40,000 nt of DNA from sequence record MT774375.1. One strand, given 5' to 3'. The notes under the pieces were generated by a model. That model ran no database searches. It was not told the DNA's origin and saw nothing but the letters and a program-made list of their open reading frames with translations. Below are positions 1 through 10,454 of this stretch, in pieces (positions within the stretch are counted from its first letter, which is position 1; each line of letters starts with the position of its first letter). Made by a program: the position numbers and the translations under genes. This DNA comes from an uncultured phage cr50_1.

Positions 1-437
1 ACATCTCTTAGACCACTCACGCATTGCCTTCCATTCCTGATAATCAGACCACAAATAAGAAGTCTTACCAGTTTTAGGATCTTTCAAAGCAATCCAAAGT
101 ACTGTAGAATAAGCTGTACCTGTAATATCATAATCCAAGCGAGTTGTAAACAAGAAGTTTCTCATCTTGAAATGAGTATTATAATTCAGGATATCACCCT
201 CTTCACTGTACTCTTCGTAAGCAGAAGCTAAACGAGATACTTGACGACCAGCTAACAAATATTCACCAGGAATATAAGAGTTAGATTGACCATCCGCAAT
301 GAAACAAGTATAAACCCATTCATTACCATCTTGATAAGGAGCACCAGAAACACGTACTTGATACTCTCTATTATCAAATTCCAAAATTGCACCAGGACCA
401 ACAATATGTTCAATATGGTTCGCTACACCATATCCGC
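1..437 (-). CDS. Major capsid protein, downstream exon (continues past window edge)
   Basis: Reverse-strand translation is open from about 437 to 1 (...GGYGVANHIEHIVGPGAILEFDNREYQVRVSGAPYQDGNEWVYTCFIADGQSNSYIPGEYLLAGRQVSRLASAYEEYSEEGDILNY...). It lies beside the portal/terminase module and resumes the frame of ORF 1215-1592 after a group I intron. Capsid identity is inferred from synteny and remembered family resemblance. Confidence 0.72.
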
Positions 438-1222
438 CTTTCGGCTGCTTTATCTCTCGATAAATGTTCAGACTATATCTTAATCCTACTTAGGATTCTT
501 TGCATTTCGACTCGCTTGAGTCTACTCCCAATTGGGATAGTCGTTGAACCTTCAAATATTCAGAATCTACTCTTAAACCTTTAAAAATACCTTGTTTTAC
601 ATAAGATCCAGTGTTCGCATATTTTACAATAATTGCTTTAAAATTTTTTGCAGTGCAGTGAAATTGTTTTGCTACATTGTTTATTCCAATTATTGTAAAT
701 GCCTTACCATTATAAACATTTGTAAAAGTATAGGCTTTATAATTTTCTGGTATTTTATATCTATTTTCTTTAAAAGAGTAGTGGGCGTTTTCATAATTAG
801 TAGTCCACTCTAAGTTTTCTACTGAATCATTTTGACGATTATAATCTTTATGATTTATTTGTGGTTTGTTCTCAGAATTTTCTATAAAAGTTTCAGCTAC
901 TAGTCGTGCAATACGATATTCTCTTCGTATCTTATTATTACATAAACAAACTCTTCTATAACCGTCCATTGATAGTCTAGGTTTTAAATATATTCCACGT
1001 TTCAATGAAAAAACCTGACCATTTTCTGTTATTTCGTACAGCCCTTCCCATCCTCTGATAGGTCTTCTTTCTATTTGCTTGGCTGCTGATTGTCCATTTT
1101 TAACTTTCGTTTCCATATATTTATATTTTACTCTTGGGTTTAAATATCTTTAGGAGTTTCCAGCAATTAACAAAGTTTATTTTTCGTAGTATTACTACTA
1201 CGCATGGCTTGGCGTTATGCTA
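438..1222 (-). other. Group I intron in the capsid gene, with an embedded HNH endonuclease ORF
   Basis: Minus strand carries TTAATTGCTGGAAACTCC (P/Q), ACAATCAGCAGCCAAG, GGTTCAACGACTATCCCAATTGGGAG (R/P8-like) and AAGATATAGTC (S). Exon ATGGT pairs with GCCAT, giving a U.G at the 5' splice site, and the proposed intron ends in G. Boundaries were deduced by hand. Confidence 0.85.
490..1116 (-). CDS. HNH homing endonuclease (NUMOD4-type N-terminus), intron-encoded
   Basis: ORF 208 aa: IRGWEGLYEITENGQVFSL..., INHKDYNRQNDSVENLEWTTNYENAHYS, typical of NUMOD4 plus HNH. Confidence 0.88.
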   Translation of the reverse strand: METKVKNGQSAAKQIERRPIRGWEGLYEITENGQVFSLKRGIYLKPRLSMDGYRRVCLCNNKIRREYRIARLVAETFIENSENKPQINHKDYNRQNDSVENLEWTTNYENAHYSFKENRYKIPENYKAYTFTNVYNGKAFTIIGINNVAKQFHCTAKNFKAIIVKYANTGSYVKQGIFKGLRVDSEYLKVQRLSQLGVDSSESKCKES

Positions 1223-1592
1223 ACCATTTGTCCTCTAACCACAACATGATAGGCGTGTTACCCAAACCTGCCATAACTGTGTTAGCATTTGCAGCAGTGA
1301 TTTCTGTTCCCTGCCATTTTGCAGAGCGAATCGTCACAGCTCTATCACTATCGATCATTACAGACCATTCGTAGTCTCTTTGGTCAATTGTCATTACATT
1401 ACCAAGACCACCAGTAATTGCATCCAAAGAAGTGCTATAACCATCATCTTTAGAACCGAATACGTAAGAAATAACACGGGTTACTTCATACGGTCTAGTA
1501 AGCATTGCATTTGAAATCATATTCTCATCAACAAGATCTGAGAACCATTTACCTCTACCGATCTGTAAATTATTTAAAATTCCGTTATCCAT
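1223..1592 (-). CDS. Major capsid protein, upstream exon
   Basis: MDNGILNNLQIGRGKWFSDLVDENMISNAMLTRPYEVTRVISYVFGSKDDGYSTSLDAITGG...; the frame resumes at 437 after intron removal. Confidence 0.72.
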
Positions 1593-1617
1593 ATAAATGT
1601 TAGTAATTTATTTTTAA

Positions 1618-2799
1618 TTAAAGTAGTTGTACTGCACGACTAAAAATAGAGTTAGATGAACTTGTATTAATTCTCTTAGTACCTTTACTAACGCCTGTTG
1701 ATCTGAGACTATTTTTCAGATTTTTAATAGCAGAGCTAGTACCCTGTTTTTTGGCAGCATCTAACAAAGTGTCACCTCGCATTGTAAAATAAGCTGACTC
1801 TATTAAATTCTTTACGCTCTTGGAATAGTCTTTTTGGTACTGAGTTTTTCCACTAGCGTCGGCTTTAAATATATAAGCCAATAATTCTTTCTTGTCCTTA
1901 GCTGGTATCTTAATACCACGTATATTGTCCAAGGACTTTATTTCACCGACAACGTCATCAAAAAACTTTTGTTGGCGCTGTACCATTTCCTCCTTTTTGA
2001 TTCTTTGTTGCTCTAATAGCTCTTCTTTCTCTTTTGCAACAATCTCTTGAAGTTCCTCAACCGCATCTCTAGCCTCATCTTCTAATACTCCAGCATCTTC
2101 AAATCTTTCGATTTTCTTAGCAATTTGTTTGTCACTGTAACCTTTTCTAGCTAGTAACTCTCTCAATACTATCTTTTGCTCATTTTCATTTTCAATATCA
2201 ACATTGTCAACATCAATGTCTGGAGTAATAGAGAAATAATCTTCTAACTTACCCCCATTACGAACAAATTCATCTAATTTTGCAACATCTTCGCTTGCAT
2301 ATTCTGGAGTAGATTGTTCTTCGATTACTTCTTTAAAATACTTAACCAATTCTTCTACAGTCTTTGGTTTTTCTTCTTCCTCTTCTTCATCAAAATCCCA
2401 TTCTAATTCTTCAGCAATTGCATCAAATAAAGCAGATACTTGTTTAGATTCAACTTCATCTTCTTCAGTCTCTTCTTCAATTTCTTCTTCGGTTTCCTCT
2501 TCTTCAGTCTCTTCTTTATCCTTTTTCTTAGAAGCTTTTTTAGATTTTTTAGACTCTTCTACTTCTTCCTCTTCGATGTCTTCAGTTTCCTCTTCCTCTT
2601 CTTCCTCTTCTATTTCTTCTGTCTTTTTATTTTTAGATCCAGGAGTAGCAGGTCTAGCTTTAGCAGACTCTTGTTTCAGTCTCTCTAATTCTTCATCATC
2701 AATATCATCATCTTGATGAATGTTGTTGCCAACTTGTTCAGTAAACATATCAGTTATAGCTGTAAATCCAAATAGTGTATCGTTACTATTGTTTTCCAT
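1618..2799 (-). CDS. Very acidic Glu-rich protein next to the capsid gene (possible scaffold/head-associated protein)
   Basis: 393 aa ORF with long E/D tracts, located between capsid and portal modules. Function is positional inference. Confidence 0.6.
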   Translation of the reverse strand: MENNSNDTLFGFTAITDMFTEQVGNNIHQDDDIDDEELERLKQESAKARPATPGSKNKKTEEIEEEEEEEETEDIEEEEVEESKKSKKASKKKDKEETEEEETEEEIEEETEEDEVESKQVSALFDAIAEELEWDFDEEEEEEKPKTVEELVKYFKEVIEEQSTPEYASEDVAKLDEFVRNGGKLEDYFSITPDIDVDNVDIENENEQKIVLRELLARKGYSDKQIAKKIERFEDAGVLEDEARDAVEELQEIVAKEKEELLEQQRIKKEEMVQRQQKFFDDVVGEIKSLDNIRGIKIPAKDKKELLAYIFKADASGKTQYQKDYSKSVKNLIESAYFTMRGDTLLDAAKKQGTSSAIKNLKNSLRSTGVSKGTKRINTSSSNSIFSRAVQLL

Positions 2800-2825
2800 A
2801 ATTAATTATAATTAGATTGTAATTG

Positions 2826-3044
2826 TTATTTTTTCTTTCTGCCTCCAAAATTTCTAGCAAAATTTGCCCTCTTCTTTAAAGTTGGGCTTGCATTTGGGTC
2901 TTTTAATACTTTTTTGGCATACGCTTGAACACCCATCCCTGCTCTTTTAGCTGCTGCCGTAAACTTACCACGGTTCTTTTTCTTGATGTGTATACCTCCA
3001 TCTTTATAAGATGGAATTGGGTATACTGGGTATAAATTTTCCAT
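2826..3044 (-). CDS. Small basic conserved phage protein
   Basis: 72 aa, MENLYPVYPIPSYKDGGIHIKKKNRGKFTAAAKRAGMGVQAYAKKVL..., tightly packed between neighbours. Confidence 0.65.
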   Translation of the reverse strand: MENLYPVYPIPSYKDGGIHIKKKNRGKFTAAAKRAGMGVQAYAKKVLKDPNASPTLKKRANFARNFGGRKKK

Positions 3045-3049
3045 ATTGA

Positions 3050-4345
3050 TTATTCTTTATTTAGTTCGTAACCTGCGAATCCAGCACCACCTAATGGCAT
3101 TAAAATTTCCATAGGAATTAATTTATTTAGTCTATCAATATATTCGTTTTTATTTCTATACAAATCATATTGATTCTTAACCATTTTATTTGATGTTGGA
3201 TTTCTCATATATTCCAAAATCATCTTTTCGTCTACAGGAGTACTCCAGTTTGTAATTTTACCAGAATCTTTTAATGATCTCTTTAGAGTTAACATATGAC
3301 TTTTAGCTTCTGTAGGATTCAACAAGTATGCCCTACTACCAGCAGCATCAAATAATCCCATTTTTCTTAACTCCGCAGAACTATATGCATTGTTAGGATT
3401 TGCTAAATAATTTAGATAAGTGTTTGTAATGTATTCTTTACCACTATCAAAATCCTGAATCTTTCTAGACCCAGCTAAACCGTCCGCTACGTGTCCTAAC
3501 TCATGATTGGCAGTTCCGGGCATATAAATATTATTATCTAATATCACACTATAATCATTTATATCTGTAGGTAATATATTATCTTTAATATTTTTTATAT
3601 TTATTTGCCCATAACCATCTTTGTCTGTATCACCCCATTTGACATAACTTCCTCTTTTAGTCATGTCTTTATATGCAATATTAGAATAAGCTCGTTTATA
3701 ATTAGTTCCATATGTTTTGTCTACATTTTCTACTAATTCACGAGTTCTTTCATCTGGAAAAATTGCTTGTTCTATTGTTCTAGAAATTTCTTGTTGGTAC
3801 TTCTTAGAATTTCTATCTTTTCTTAATACTTCAGAAAATTCAGAATCATAATCTTCTTCTGTTTTCTTTCTAGTTTTCTTTTTAGTTTGAGTAGGAGCAA
3901 AACTGTGAACACTAGCTCCATCAACTTCAGTACCCTCAATAATTCTTCCTACTTTGGATTTTAGTTTTTTGATACCTTTTCCAACTCCCCAAGGAATCAA
4001 GTTCAATACTGCATCCATAGCTGCACCAGCATAATCTCCCTTACCTAAATCTTCAATAAAATTAACTGCATCTTTAATGTATCCAGCTGGAGTAATGTAA
4101 GCTTCTGGTTGAACTGTATTAACTGCACCTGATATTTTCCTTTGTCTTTCAAAGTATTCAGGAGTACCGATTCTATATTCTGGTGGTAAATCTGCTTTGT
4201 TTATAGTTTTACCCTTACCATCTTCATACGCAGGAATGGAATCAAATTGTTGCTTGATATCAAGATACGTAGCATCAGGGTTATTCACCCTGACACTATC
4301 GTATATTTGTTTTCTCTCTTTAAGAGATAAATCTTTCCATTTCAT
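3050..4345 (-). CDS. Protein with HExxH zinc-metallopeptidase-like motif
   Basis: 431 aa; IYMPGTANHELGHVADGLAG (HELGH encoded at 3491-3505 region). Confidence 0.6.
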   Translation of the reverse strand: MKWKDLSLKERKQIYDSVRVNNPDATYLDIKQQFDSIPAYEDGKGKTINKADLPPEYRIGTPEYFERQRKISGAVNTVQPEAYITPAGYIKDAVNFIEDLGKGDYAGAAMDAVLNLIPWGVGKGIKKLKSKVGRIIEGTEVDGASVHSFAPTQTKKKTRKKTEEDYDSEFSEVLRKDRNSKKYQQEISRTIEQAIFPDERTRELVENVDKTYGTNYKRAYSNIAYKDMTKRGSYVKWGDTDKDGYGQINIKNIKDNILPTDINDYSVILDNNIYMPGTANHELGHVADGLAGSRKIQDFDSGKEYITNTYLNYLANPNNAYSSAELRKMGLFDAAGSRAYLLNPTEAKSHMLTLKRSLKDSGKITNWSTPVDEKMILEYMRNPTSNKMVKNQYDLYRNKNEYIDRLNKLIPMEILMPLGGAGFAGYELNKE

Positions 4346-4356
4346 ACTAGTAATAT

Positions 4357-4419
4357 TTATTTACCTGTCTTACCTGGTTTACCTTTTCCGCCCTTTTTAG
4401 AGCCTCCTTTACAAGCCAT
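4357..4419 (-). CDS. 20-aa basic Gly/Lys-rich microprotein
   Basis: ATG at 4419-4417: MACKGGSKKGGKGKPGKTGK*, sitting between the portal and HELGH genes; absent from the ORF track because it is short. Confidence 0.5.
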   Translation of the reverse strand: MACKGGSKKGGKGKPGKTGK

Positions 4420-4430
4420 AATTAGTCCTC

Positions 4431-6995
4431 CTATTTTTTAGATTTAGATTCACCAACTACTTTATTTTTTAAAGCAGTCTTTGCTTTTAATTGTTCTCTC
4501 TTATAAGCTGCATCATCTTTCATCTTCTGCAACCTCTTAGCCTCTTGCAATTTTCTATTCTCAAGAGCTATTTTCTCTTTTTCGATTGTAGCTTTTAACT
4601 TGTCAGCTTTTTCTTGTGCAGCAATTTTGCGCTTTTCAAGTTCTTTCTTATTTTCTTCAGCTCTAGCTTTATTAGCTAAATCCATTTGTTTGCTCATAGC
4701 ATCAGATACAGCTTTTTGTCTAGCTATTTCTTGATTACCAATCTCAATAGGATCTGGTATACCATTCATATCCTGATCCATATTCTCAGATCCTCTATAA
4801 GCATTTAATTGAGCTACAGTAATCTTAGTAGCATTGTCTTGATCAATCTTATATTTAGTAAGATCAAGTTCAGCTTCTTTAAGCATAAGTTCTTCTTCCT
4901 TAACTTGATTCTGCATTTCAACAAGCTGTTGCTGTTGTTGATTTTCTTGCTCTTGCATTGCTTGTTGTTGCTCCAATCTGTTGTTTTCTATATCTTGTAA
5001 TTTGGATTTGATTACACTTAAATTGTCGCTAGTAAATATTTCAGCAGCATCTAATAATGATGCACCATTTTGCATAGCTGGCTGTACAAGACTCTTAAGT
5101 TGTTCAATGGCTTGACTTTCTTTAGTACTATCGGTTACAAAAATATCAAAGTCTTCATATGACCAATTATCATCCATTCTTAAGAATGTTCTAGTACCTT
5201 CATCAAATATATAATTTAAGTATTTCTTGTCATCTTTCCATGCAAACTTAGCACTATCTAATAACATTGACAATACGTGCGTTTTAATCTGATTGTGCAA
5301 CCAAAACCACGGTTCAGTGATATGAGCAGATTGAACTACAGATCTTTCTACATTACCCACTAACTCATTACTAGAAATAGATCCTTGTCTTTGCTTTGTT
5401 ACTCCGGACAATTCAGACACCATTTCTTCAATCTTTGCAAGTAATTGAATGTACGTATTAATAGTATTAGACATACTTGCATCAATAGAAGTCCACTGAT
5501 TGTATGGTGATGGTTTACCACCCTCTCTACCAGGGATATCCCAACCTTCTTCGTATGGATTAACAAATGCTACACCAAGTGCTCCTAAGTAATGCATCCA
5601 CTTATCTACATCTATACCCATACTCTTAGGTATTTGAGTAACATCTATCACAGGTATCTTACCTTTATCCCTAGCTATTGCCATTTCAAGACGATACCAG
5701 AGTATGATATACATGTATTGTAATGGTTTCATGATAGCAACTAATGATTTAGCTTTAGTATTTGTATTACTATAAGCTGCACCAGTGTATGGTAATTTAG
5801 CACTATTTAAATTGTCTCCTCTACGGAATTGGTACTCTAATGGTTGCATACCAAAGTAAAGATCATCCCCTGCTCTATATCCTTCCCATGCTTCAATGAT
5901 CCATTTCCATTCAACATTGATCTCTTCACCAGTAGGTTTATAATATTCATCTACTTGTATTTCATCTGGCATACCTGTCTCAGGATCTATTATTGTAACA
6001 AACCCTATCTTTTTAAGTGATTTCCAGCATACATGATAAACTACAATGTTATCTGGATCTCCATAAGGATTATGGTCTGGTAATTTATTGTATGATTTTA
6101 AGTTATAATGAACAAAATCATCTACTGGACTTTTGTCTGGACCAAATCCAGATGTAGGTTTTTGATCTACTATTTCTAACAATTCATTTAATTGCTTTTC
6201 ATCCAGTTTATCATAAAACTGATCATATATTTGGCTCCATGACATTAATGATCTATAACAACACCAAGATGCATCATGAATAAATTCAATGCCTTCTTCT
6301 GCAGGATACTTAAAATCTTTAGGATTGATTCTTTTAATAACTGGTTCACCATTTCTAATTCCTATGTAATACTCTTCAAGTCCTGCAACAAGTGCATCTT
6401 TAAAGCCTTTCATAAATTCATGAGAAATGTTTTCTTTCTTAAGTAAGAATAATAAGCTTTGATATGCTGTTGTTTCTGCTGCATCTTTGTAATCCTTTGT
6501 TAAATACTTCTGTATTTGTTCTGGTGTTTGAATTTCGCCTGTTTGTAATCCTTCTTGAAATCTAGCTTGATCTTCTGGGCTTAATTTAGCAAGCATAGCA
6601 GCTTGCATATAATTCAACAGCATCTGTTTAGCTTTGTCTTGTACTTCACTACTAGCAATATCACTAGTACGGCACACTCTAAAGTTAAATGGACGTTTTG
6701 TTTCTTCACCTAATAATAGATCTACTTTTGGACGTATGATATTATAATCCTGTGCCATTGCTGGAAAGCCATCATCTTGATTGAAAGGATTTGTAACATA
6801 CTTTAGGTCTTTTTCATTGTATATACTATTATATAAATCATAATAGCTTTGCATTTCTTCTTCATCAGGTATACTTTCGGACGAAGCTATGCCAGATATT
6901 CCAATAATGTAATCCACGCAGTCTTTTCGCCATTCTTCGGTTTTTTTACTGAGTGGTAGTCTTTGGATAGGAAATGAGTTGACTGTTCTTTCCAT
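4431..6995 (-). CDS. Portal protein (crAss-like)
   Basis: 854 aa; NPFNQDDGFPAMAQDYNIIRPKVDLLLGEETKRPFNFRVCRT..., Q-rich C-terminal coiled coil, directly upstream of the terminase-independent packaging partners. Confidence 0.85.
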   Translation of the reverse strand: MERTVNSFPIQRLPLSKKTEEWRKDCVDYIIGISGIASSESIPDEEEMQSYYDLYNSIYNEKDLKYVTNPFNQDDGFPAMAQDYNIIRPKVDLLLGEETKRPFNFRVCRTSDIASSEVQDKAKQMLLNYMQAAMLAKLSPEDQARFQEGLQTGEIQTPEQIQKYLTKDYKDAAETTAYQSLLFLLKKENISHEFMKGFKDALVAGLEEYYIGIRNGEPVIKRINPKDFKYPAEEGIEFIHDASWCCYRSLMSWSQIYDQFYDKLDEKQLNELLEIVDQKPTSGFGPDKSPVDDFVHYNLKSYNKLPDHNPYGDPDNIVVYHVCWKSLKKIGFVTIIDPETGMPDEIQVDEYYKPTGEEINVEWKWIIEAWEGYRAGDDLYFGMQPLEYQFRRGDNLNSAKLPYTGAAYSNTNTKAKSLVAIMKPLQYMYIILWYRLEMAIARDKGKIPVIDVTQIPKSMGIDVDKWMHYLGALGVAFVNPYEEGWDIPGREGGKPSPYNQWTSIDASMSNTINTYIQLLAKIEEMVSELSGVTKQRQGSISSNELVGNVERSVVQSAHITEPWFWLHNQIKTHVLSMLLDSAKFAWKDDKKYLNYIFDEGTRTFLRMDDNWSYEDFDIFVTDSTKESQAIEQLKSLVQPAMQNGASLLDAAEIFTSDNLSVIKSKLQDIENNRLEQQQAMQEQENQQQQQLVEMQNQVKEEELMLKEAELDLTKYKIDQDNATKITVAQLNAYRGSENMDQDMNGIPDPIEIGNQEIARQKAVSDAMSKQMDLANKARAEENKKELEKRKIAAQEKADKLKATIEKEKIALENRKLQEAKRLQKMKDDAAYKREQLKAKTALKNKVVGESKSKK

Positions 6996-6996
6996 A

Positions 6997-9060
6997 TTAA
7001 TTAGTAAACATAAATGTGGTTGTGTTATTATTTAAAGGCGTGAATGTAAATGAATCATCTGTATTTTTAAACAACGGTTTATCAAACAATCTCATTTTCT
7101 TTTCAACATCCTCTTTCTTCTTTACTTGTATATTATACAATTGTTCTCTATAGACCATTACCTGCATAAATGCCATAACCCTATCAAAGTTTCCTTTGTC
7201 ATTATATTGAATAAGTTCCTCTAGAAATGGTTCAGACAATACAGTATTTAAACCTAATTGTTTTTGATCCCTAAGTTCTTCTAGCCATTCTTTAATCTTA
7301 CCTTCTCCCCAAAGTTTGATTTCTCTATTCATATGACATCCTTTTCGTCTATTTACTGTAGAATTATTAACAATATCTTTAATGATGTCTGGTTGATCAG
7401 CAAGTAAATGGCTACAATGTTTGTTATTGAAATAAGTAAATAAACCAGTGTTCTGGTTTTCTACCATTGCTTTTGCATTATAGTAAATAAGTAACTTACG
7501 AACATTTTCATAAAACTCTTCAGCAGTTTTTGGCCTACCTGTATATTCTGCTACAATGATATCTGAATATGATTCAAAGTCTTGAAAACGTTTATATATA
7601 AAACAAGAACCTAATGAATTAGTACCTGATTGATCGTGATCATATGGGTCAATACCAGCTATATATAAACCAAATGGTGCATCTTTAACTGGGTGTTCCC
7701 ATATAACTATTTTACCAGTAGGGTCAGAATTCTTTGGTAATGGGAATTCGGTTATGTCTCCTGTTTTCTGTATATTCCAAATTATCTCTCCATTAACTAG
7801 AGTAAGAGTACCTACTTGTTTATGATTCTGTAACTTAGTGTTAGTTCTTATCCTTGCTAATTGTTTTTGTAATTCTTTCTTTGGAAATATGTTACCAGAT
7901 AATTCAGTAAATGCTTCAGCTGGAGATTCAGAGTGTTCTGCTACGTATCTATCTATTTGTTGAGAACTAGTAGCCTCCTTTAATTCCTCTTCACGTAAAT
8001 TTAAAATAAACTGTCTTGCTTTTTCATGAAGAGTATTACCATCTTCATCCATGTACAATCGCTTACCATTCTCATCACGTATATCCAAATTAGTATGTTG
8101 AGGTATAAAGAACCCACATTCTTTACTCTGGATGCCATCATCCCATATATTTTCAAAACCTATACAGTTATATGATTTAGGATTATAAAATGCTTCACGT
8201 AATGTCATTACTGCAGGACCTTCATCACCACCAGTACCAAACATAATCATCAGACCAAAGGCAACACCATCTTGTTCTACAGATGGTCTAGCAATTTGCC
8301 ATGCAGCTTTAAGTTCTGGGAAAGTACCTGCCTCTTCCCAGAGTATTAACATACCTGCTTTACCACGTACAGCATCTGGGTTATCTTTCAATGATACACC
8401 TATTATCTCTGATTTATAACCAACTTCAATTTTATTACCAAAATTATCAGTTACAATCATAGAAGCTCTACGACGCATGCTAGTATTTACAGCTTGTCGT
8501 TTCTTACCCCATGCTGTATTTTCATCTATGAAGTCCATGTAATCCCAAGCCTTAGTAAGGATACCATCATCAGTAAGATACTGTTTATTTGATGCATATA
8601 CATAAGACTTAGAACCAGGTATCAAAAAGAAATTACGACAAAGCATAGAACCACCTTTATAGGAATAACCCTTACGTCTAGCTTTTGCTACACACAAGTG
8701 TTTACCTTGATCTTGTGCACTTTCAATAGCTTGAAAATAGTAGTAATCATAATCATAAAAGTCTGGAAATGCTAATTCTCTTACTTTGATTAACTCTTCT
8801 TGCCCTTGTTTATTCTTTTTATTTTTATATACAATTCTTTGAATTGGGCAATAGTTTAAATAAAAATAGTTATACCCAGTGATGTAGTCCCCATCATCTG
8901 CAGTATAACCATTAATGCATCTATCGGCCTCTGTTTCCCAAAAATTGAAATACTCTGATGTACCTTTTGGGAAGGAACAATAAGACCCCGACTCTATATA
9001 AGTTAGCGCCGGGGTTCTGAATTTATTAGAATTTTTGATTTTCTTTGTGAAATCAATCAT
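6997..9060 (-). CDS. terL: Terminase large subunit
   Basis: 687 aa; CVAKARRKGYSYKGG (Walker A-like), GMLILWEEAGTF (Walker B-like), YIAGIDPYDHDQSG (nuclease motif). Confidence 0.9.
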   Translation of the reverse strand: MIDFTKKIKNSNKFRTPALTYIESGSYCSFPKGTSEYFNFWETEADRCINGYTADDGDYITGYNYFYLNYCPIQRIVYKNKKNKQGQEELIKVRELAFPDFYDYDYYYFQAIESAQDQGKHLCVAKARRKGYSYKGGSMLCRNFFLIPGSKSYVYASNKQYLTDDGILTKAWDYMDFIDENTAWGKKRQAVNTSMRRRASMIVTDNFGNKIEVGYKSEIIGVSLKDNPDAVRGKAGMLILWEEAGTFPELKAAWQIARPSVEQDGVAFGLMIMFGTGGDEGPAVMTLREAFYNPKSYNCIGFENIWDDGIQSKECGFFIPQHTNLDIRDENGKRLYMDEDGNTLHEKARQFILNLREEELKEATSSQQIDRYVAEHSESPAEAFTELSGNIFPKKELQKQLARIRTNTKLQNHKQVGTLTLVNGEIIWNIQKTGDITEFPLPKNSDPTGKIVIWEHPVKDAPFGLYIAGIDPYDHDQSGTNSLGSCFIYKRFQDFESYSDIIVAEYTGRPKTAEEFYENVRKLLIYYNAKAMVENQNTGLFTYFNNKHCSHLLADQPDIIKDIVNNSTVNRRKGCHMNREIKLWGEGKIKEWLEELRDQKQLGLNTVLSEPFLEELIQYNDKGNFDRVMAFMQVMVYREQLYNIQVKKKEDVEKKMRLFDKPLFKNTDDSFTFTPLNNNTTTFMFTN

Positions 9061-9063
9061 AAA

Positions 9064-9282
9064 TTACTTTCTTCGTTTAAACAGGTTCTTAATTTTCTGC
9101 CATAAACTAGTTTTAGTAGTGTGATTATTTTCTGTTTTTTCATCCATGTGTGATATAGCATAAGCAGCAGCTTCAGCTAAATCTCTTTCTTGCTCTGCTT
9201 TCATGTTGTTATATACCTCAGTAAAGTCAAAAATAATCATTGTCGGTTTAGTATTCTTTTTACTAGTTTTAGTCTTAGCCAT
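9064..9282 (-). CDS. Small hypothetical protein
   Basis: 72 aa ORF in tight array. Confidence 0.5.
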   Translation of the reverse strand: MAKTKTSKKNTKPTMIIFDFTEVYNNMKAEQERDLAEAAAYAISHMDEKTENNHTTKTSLWQKIKNLFKRRK

Positions 9283-9347
9283 AATTGCAATTTCTTTAAG
9301 CCCTTAACGGGCAGGTTTTTATAATGTCTTTTATTGTGTCGTAGTTT

Positions 9348-9884
9348 CTACAACTTCTTTTTTGGTAATTCAAATGGGTTCATTTCTCCACCGCCTCTAA
9401 CTTTGCTATTCTTAATCTCTTCTGCTCTTACTTGAGATTTAAGTTTCACAATAGATTCTATTACTCCGGCCATGTTCTTAGCACCATCTGTAAGTTTCTT
9501 AATAGAATCTAAATCCATTTCATCGTCTTTAGATAAGTGATAGTATTTAGCAGCACCTTCAAGTTTCAATAGTAATCCATCTAACATATACTCAAGTAAG
9601 GAGTATGTTCTACTTTTCCAACTATCTTCTGCTTGTATTACTATTTCTGGTAATTCATAGTTTTCATCTCCAAATAGTTCTTTCTTTAATGTAGGTTCTA
9701 TTAGATCTCTCTCCATAGTTTCTACGTAAGGAGAATCGTATTTGTTTTTAAGTACTATGTACCATAAATATTTCGTTGCTAAATCTTTATCTTTGAATGA
9801 ATCCCAAAGTTTTTTGAATGGTGGGATAGCCAACATATCTGGATGTATGACTACTTGTCCACCAACTATATCTGCTAAATTCAT
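9348..9884 (-). CDS. Hypothetical protein, adjacent to TerL
   Basis: 178 aa ORF directly upstream (transcriptionally) of terL; small-terminase role is only positional speculation. Confidence 0.6.
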   Translation of the reverse strand: MNLADIVGGQVVIHPDMLAIPPFKKLWDSFKDKDLATKYLWYIVLKNKYDSPYVETMERDLIEPTLKKELFGDENYELPEIVIQAEDSWKSRTYSLLEYMLDGLLLKLEGAAKYYHLSKDDEMDLDSIKKLTDGAKNMAGVIESIVKLKSQVRAEEIKNSKVRGGGEMNPFELPKKKL

Positions 9885-9886
9885 TT

Positions 9887-10249
9887 TTAGGCTTCCTTAA
9901 CACAAGCTTCGCAACAATCGCAACCCTTCATATTACGATTTTGATCGTATTCTTTATTCAATTTATAATTATTATAAAAATCTTCATTTCTCATAATAAC
10001 AAAATCTCTAACTTTTCTTCTATCTTTAACCGGTACTTCTTTTTCTCTATAACCAGCATAGAGAACCAATATTACATCACCAGCTTTTACATCATATTCT
10101 TTTTCATTAGCTACAAAGGTACCATCTTCCTCAATTACCCAAGCCCAATCAATATTTAAGTAATGATTACTAATAGTATCAAAATTCTTAATATCGTTAT
10201 CCTTCATTGTTAACAATGAGCTGTCACCTGTATAAATATACGTATTCAT
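9887..10249 (-). CDS. Hypothetical protein
   Basis: 120 aa ORF with a CDCCEAC C-terminus, closely spaced. Confidence 0.55.
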   Translation of the reverse strand: MNTYIYTGDSSLLTMKDNDIKNFDTISNHYLNIDWAWVIEEDGTFVANEKEYDVKAGDVILVLYAGYREKEVPVKDRRKVRDFVIMRNEDFYNNYKLNKEYDQNRNMKGCDCCEACVKEA

Positions 10250-10250
10250 A

Positions 10251-10454
10251 TTAATCTAAATTTATTTTAATGTATCTGTTTTTATAATGTCTATTCAATG
10301 CATCTACTGCTTCTTGTTTAGTATAAAATGCATTAACATACTCTGGATTTTTACTGTACTGATTGATTATCTCCTTCAGTTGCTCCGCTTTCTCGTCCCT
10401 GTTCTGCATTCTCATTTTCTTCTTTATTATCAGTTGAACCAAATCCACCACCAC
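10251..10454 (-). CDS. Small hypothetical protein overlapping the 3' end of the dUTPase gene
   Basis: 67 aa ORF in a different frame from the dUTPase tail. Confidence 0.45.
   Translation of the reverse strand: MVVDLVQLIIKKKMRMQNRDEKAEQLKEIINQYSKNPEYVNAFYTKQEAVDALNRHYKNRYIKINLD

Noticed and set aside
286-483. Plus-strand ORFs opposite the capsid gene and intron (also 387-584, 592-813)
   Set aside because: Antisense to well-supported coding and group I intron sequence; low-complexity translation.
2440-2688. Plus-strand Phe/Leu-rich ORF
   Set aside because: Antisense artefact of the Glu-rich reading frame on the minus strand.
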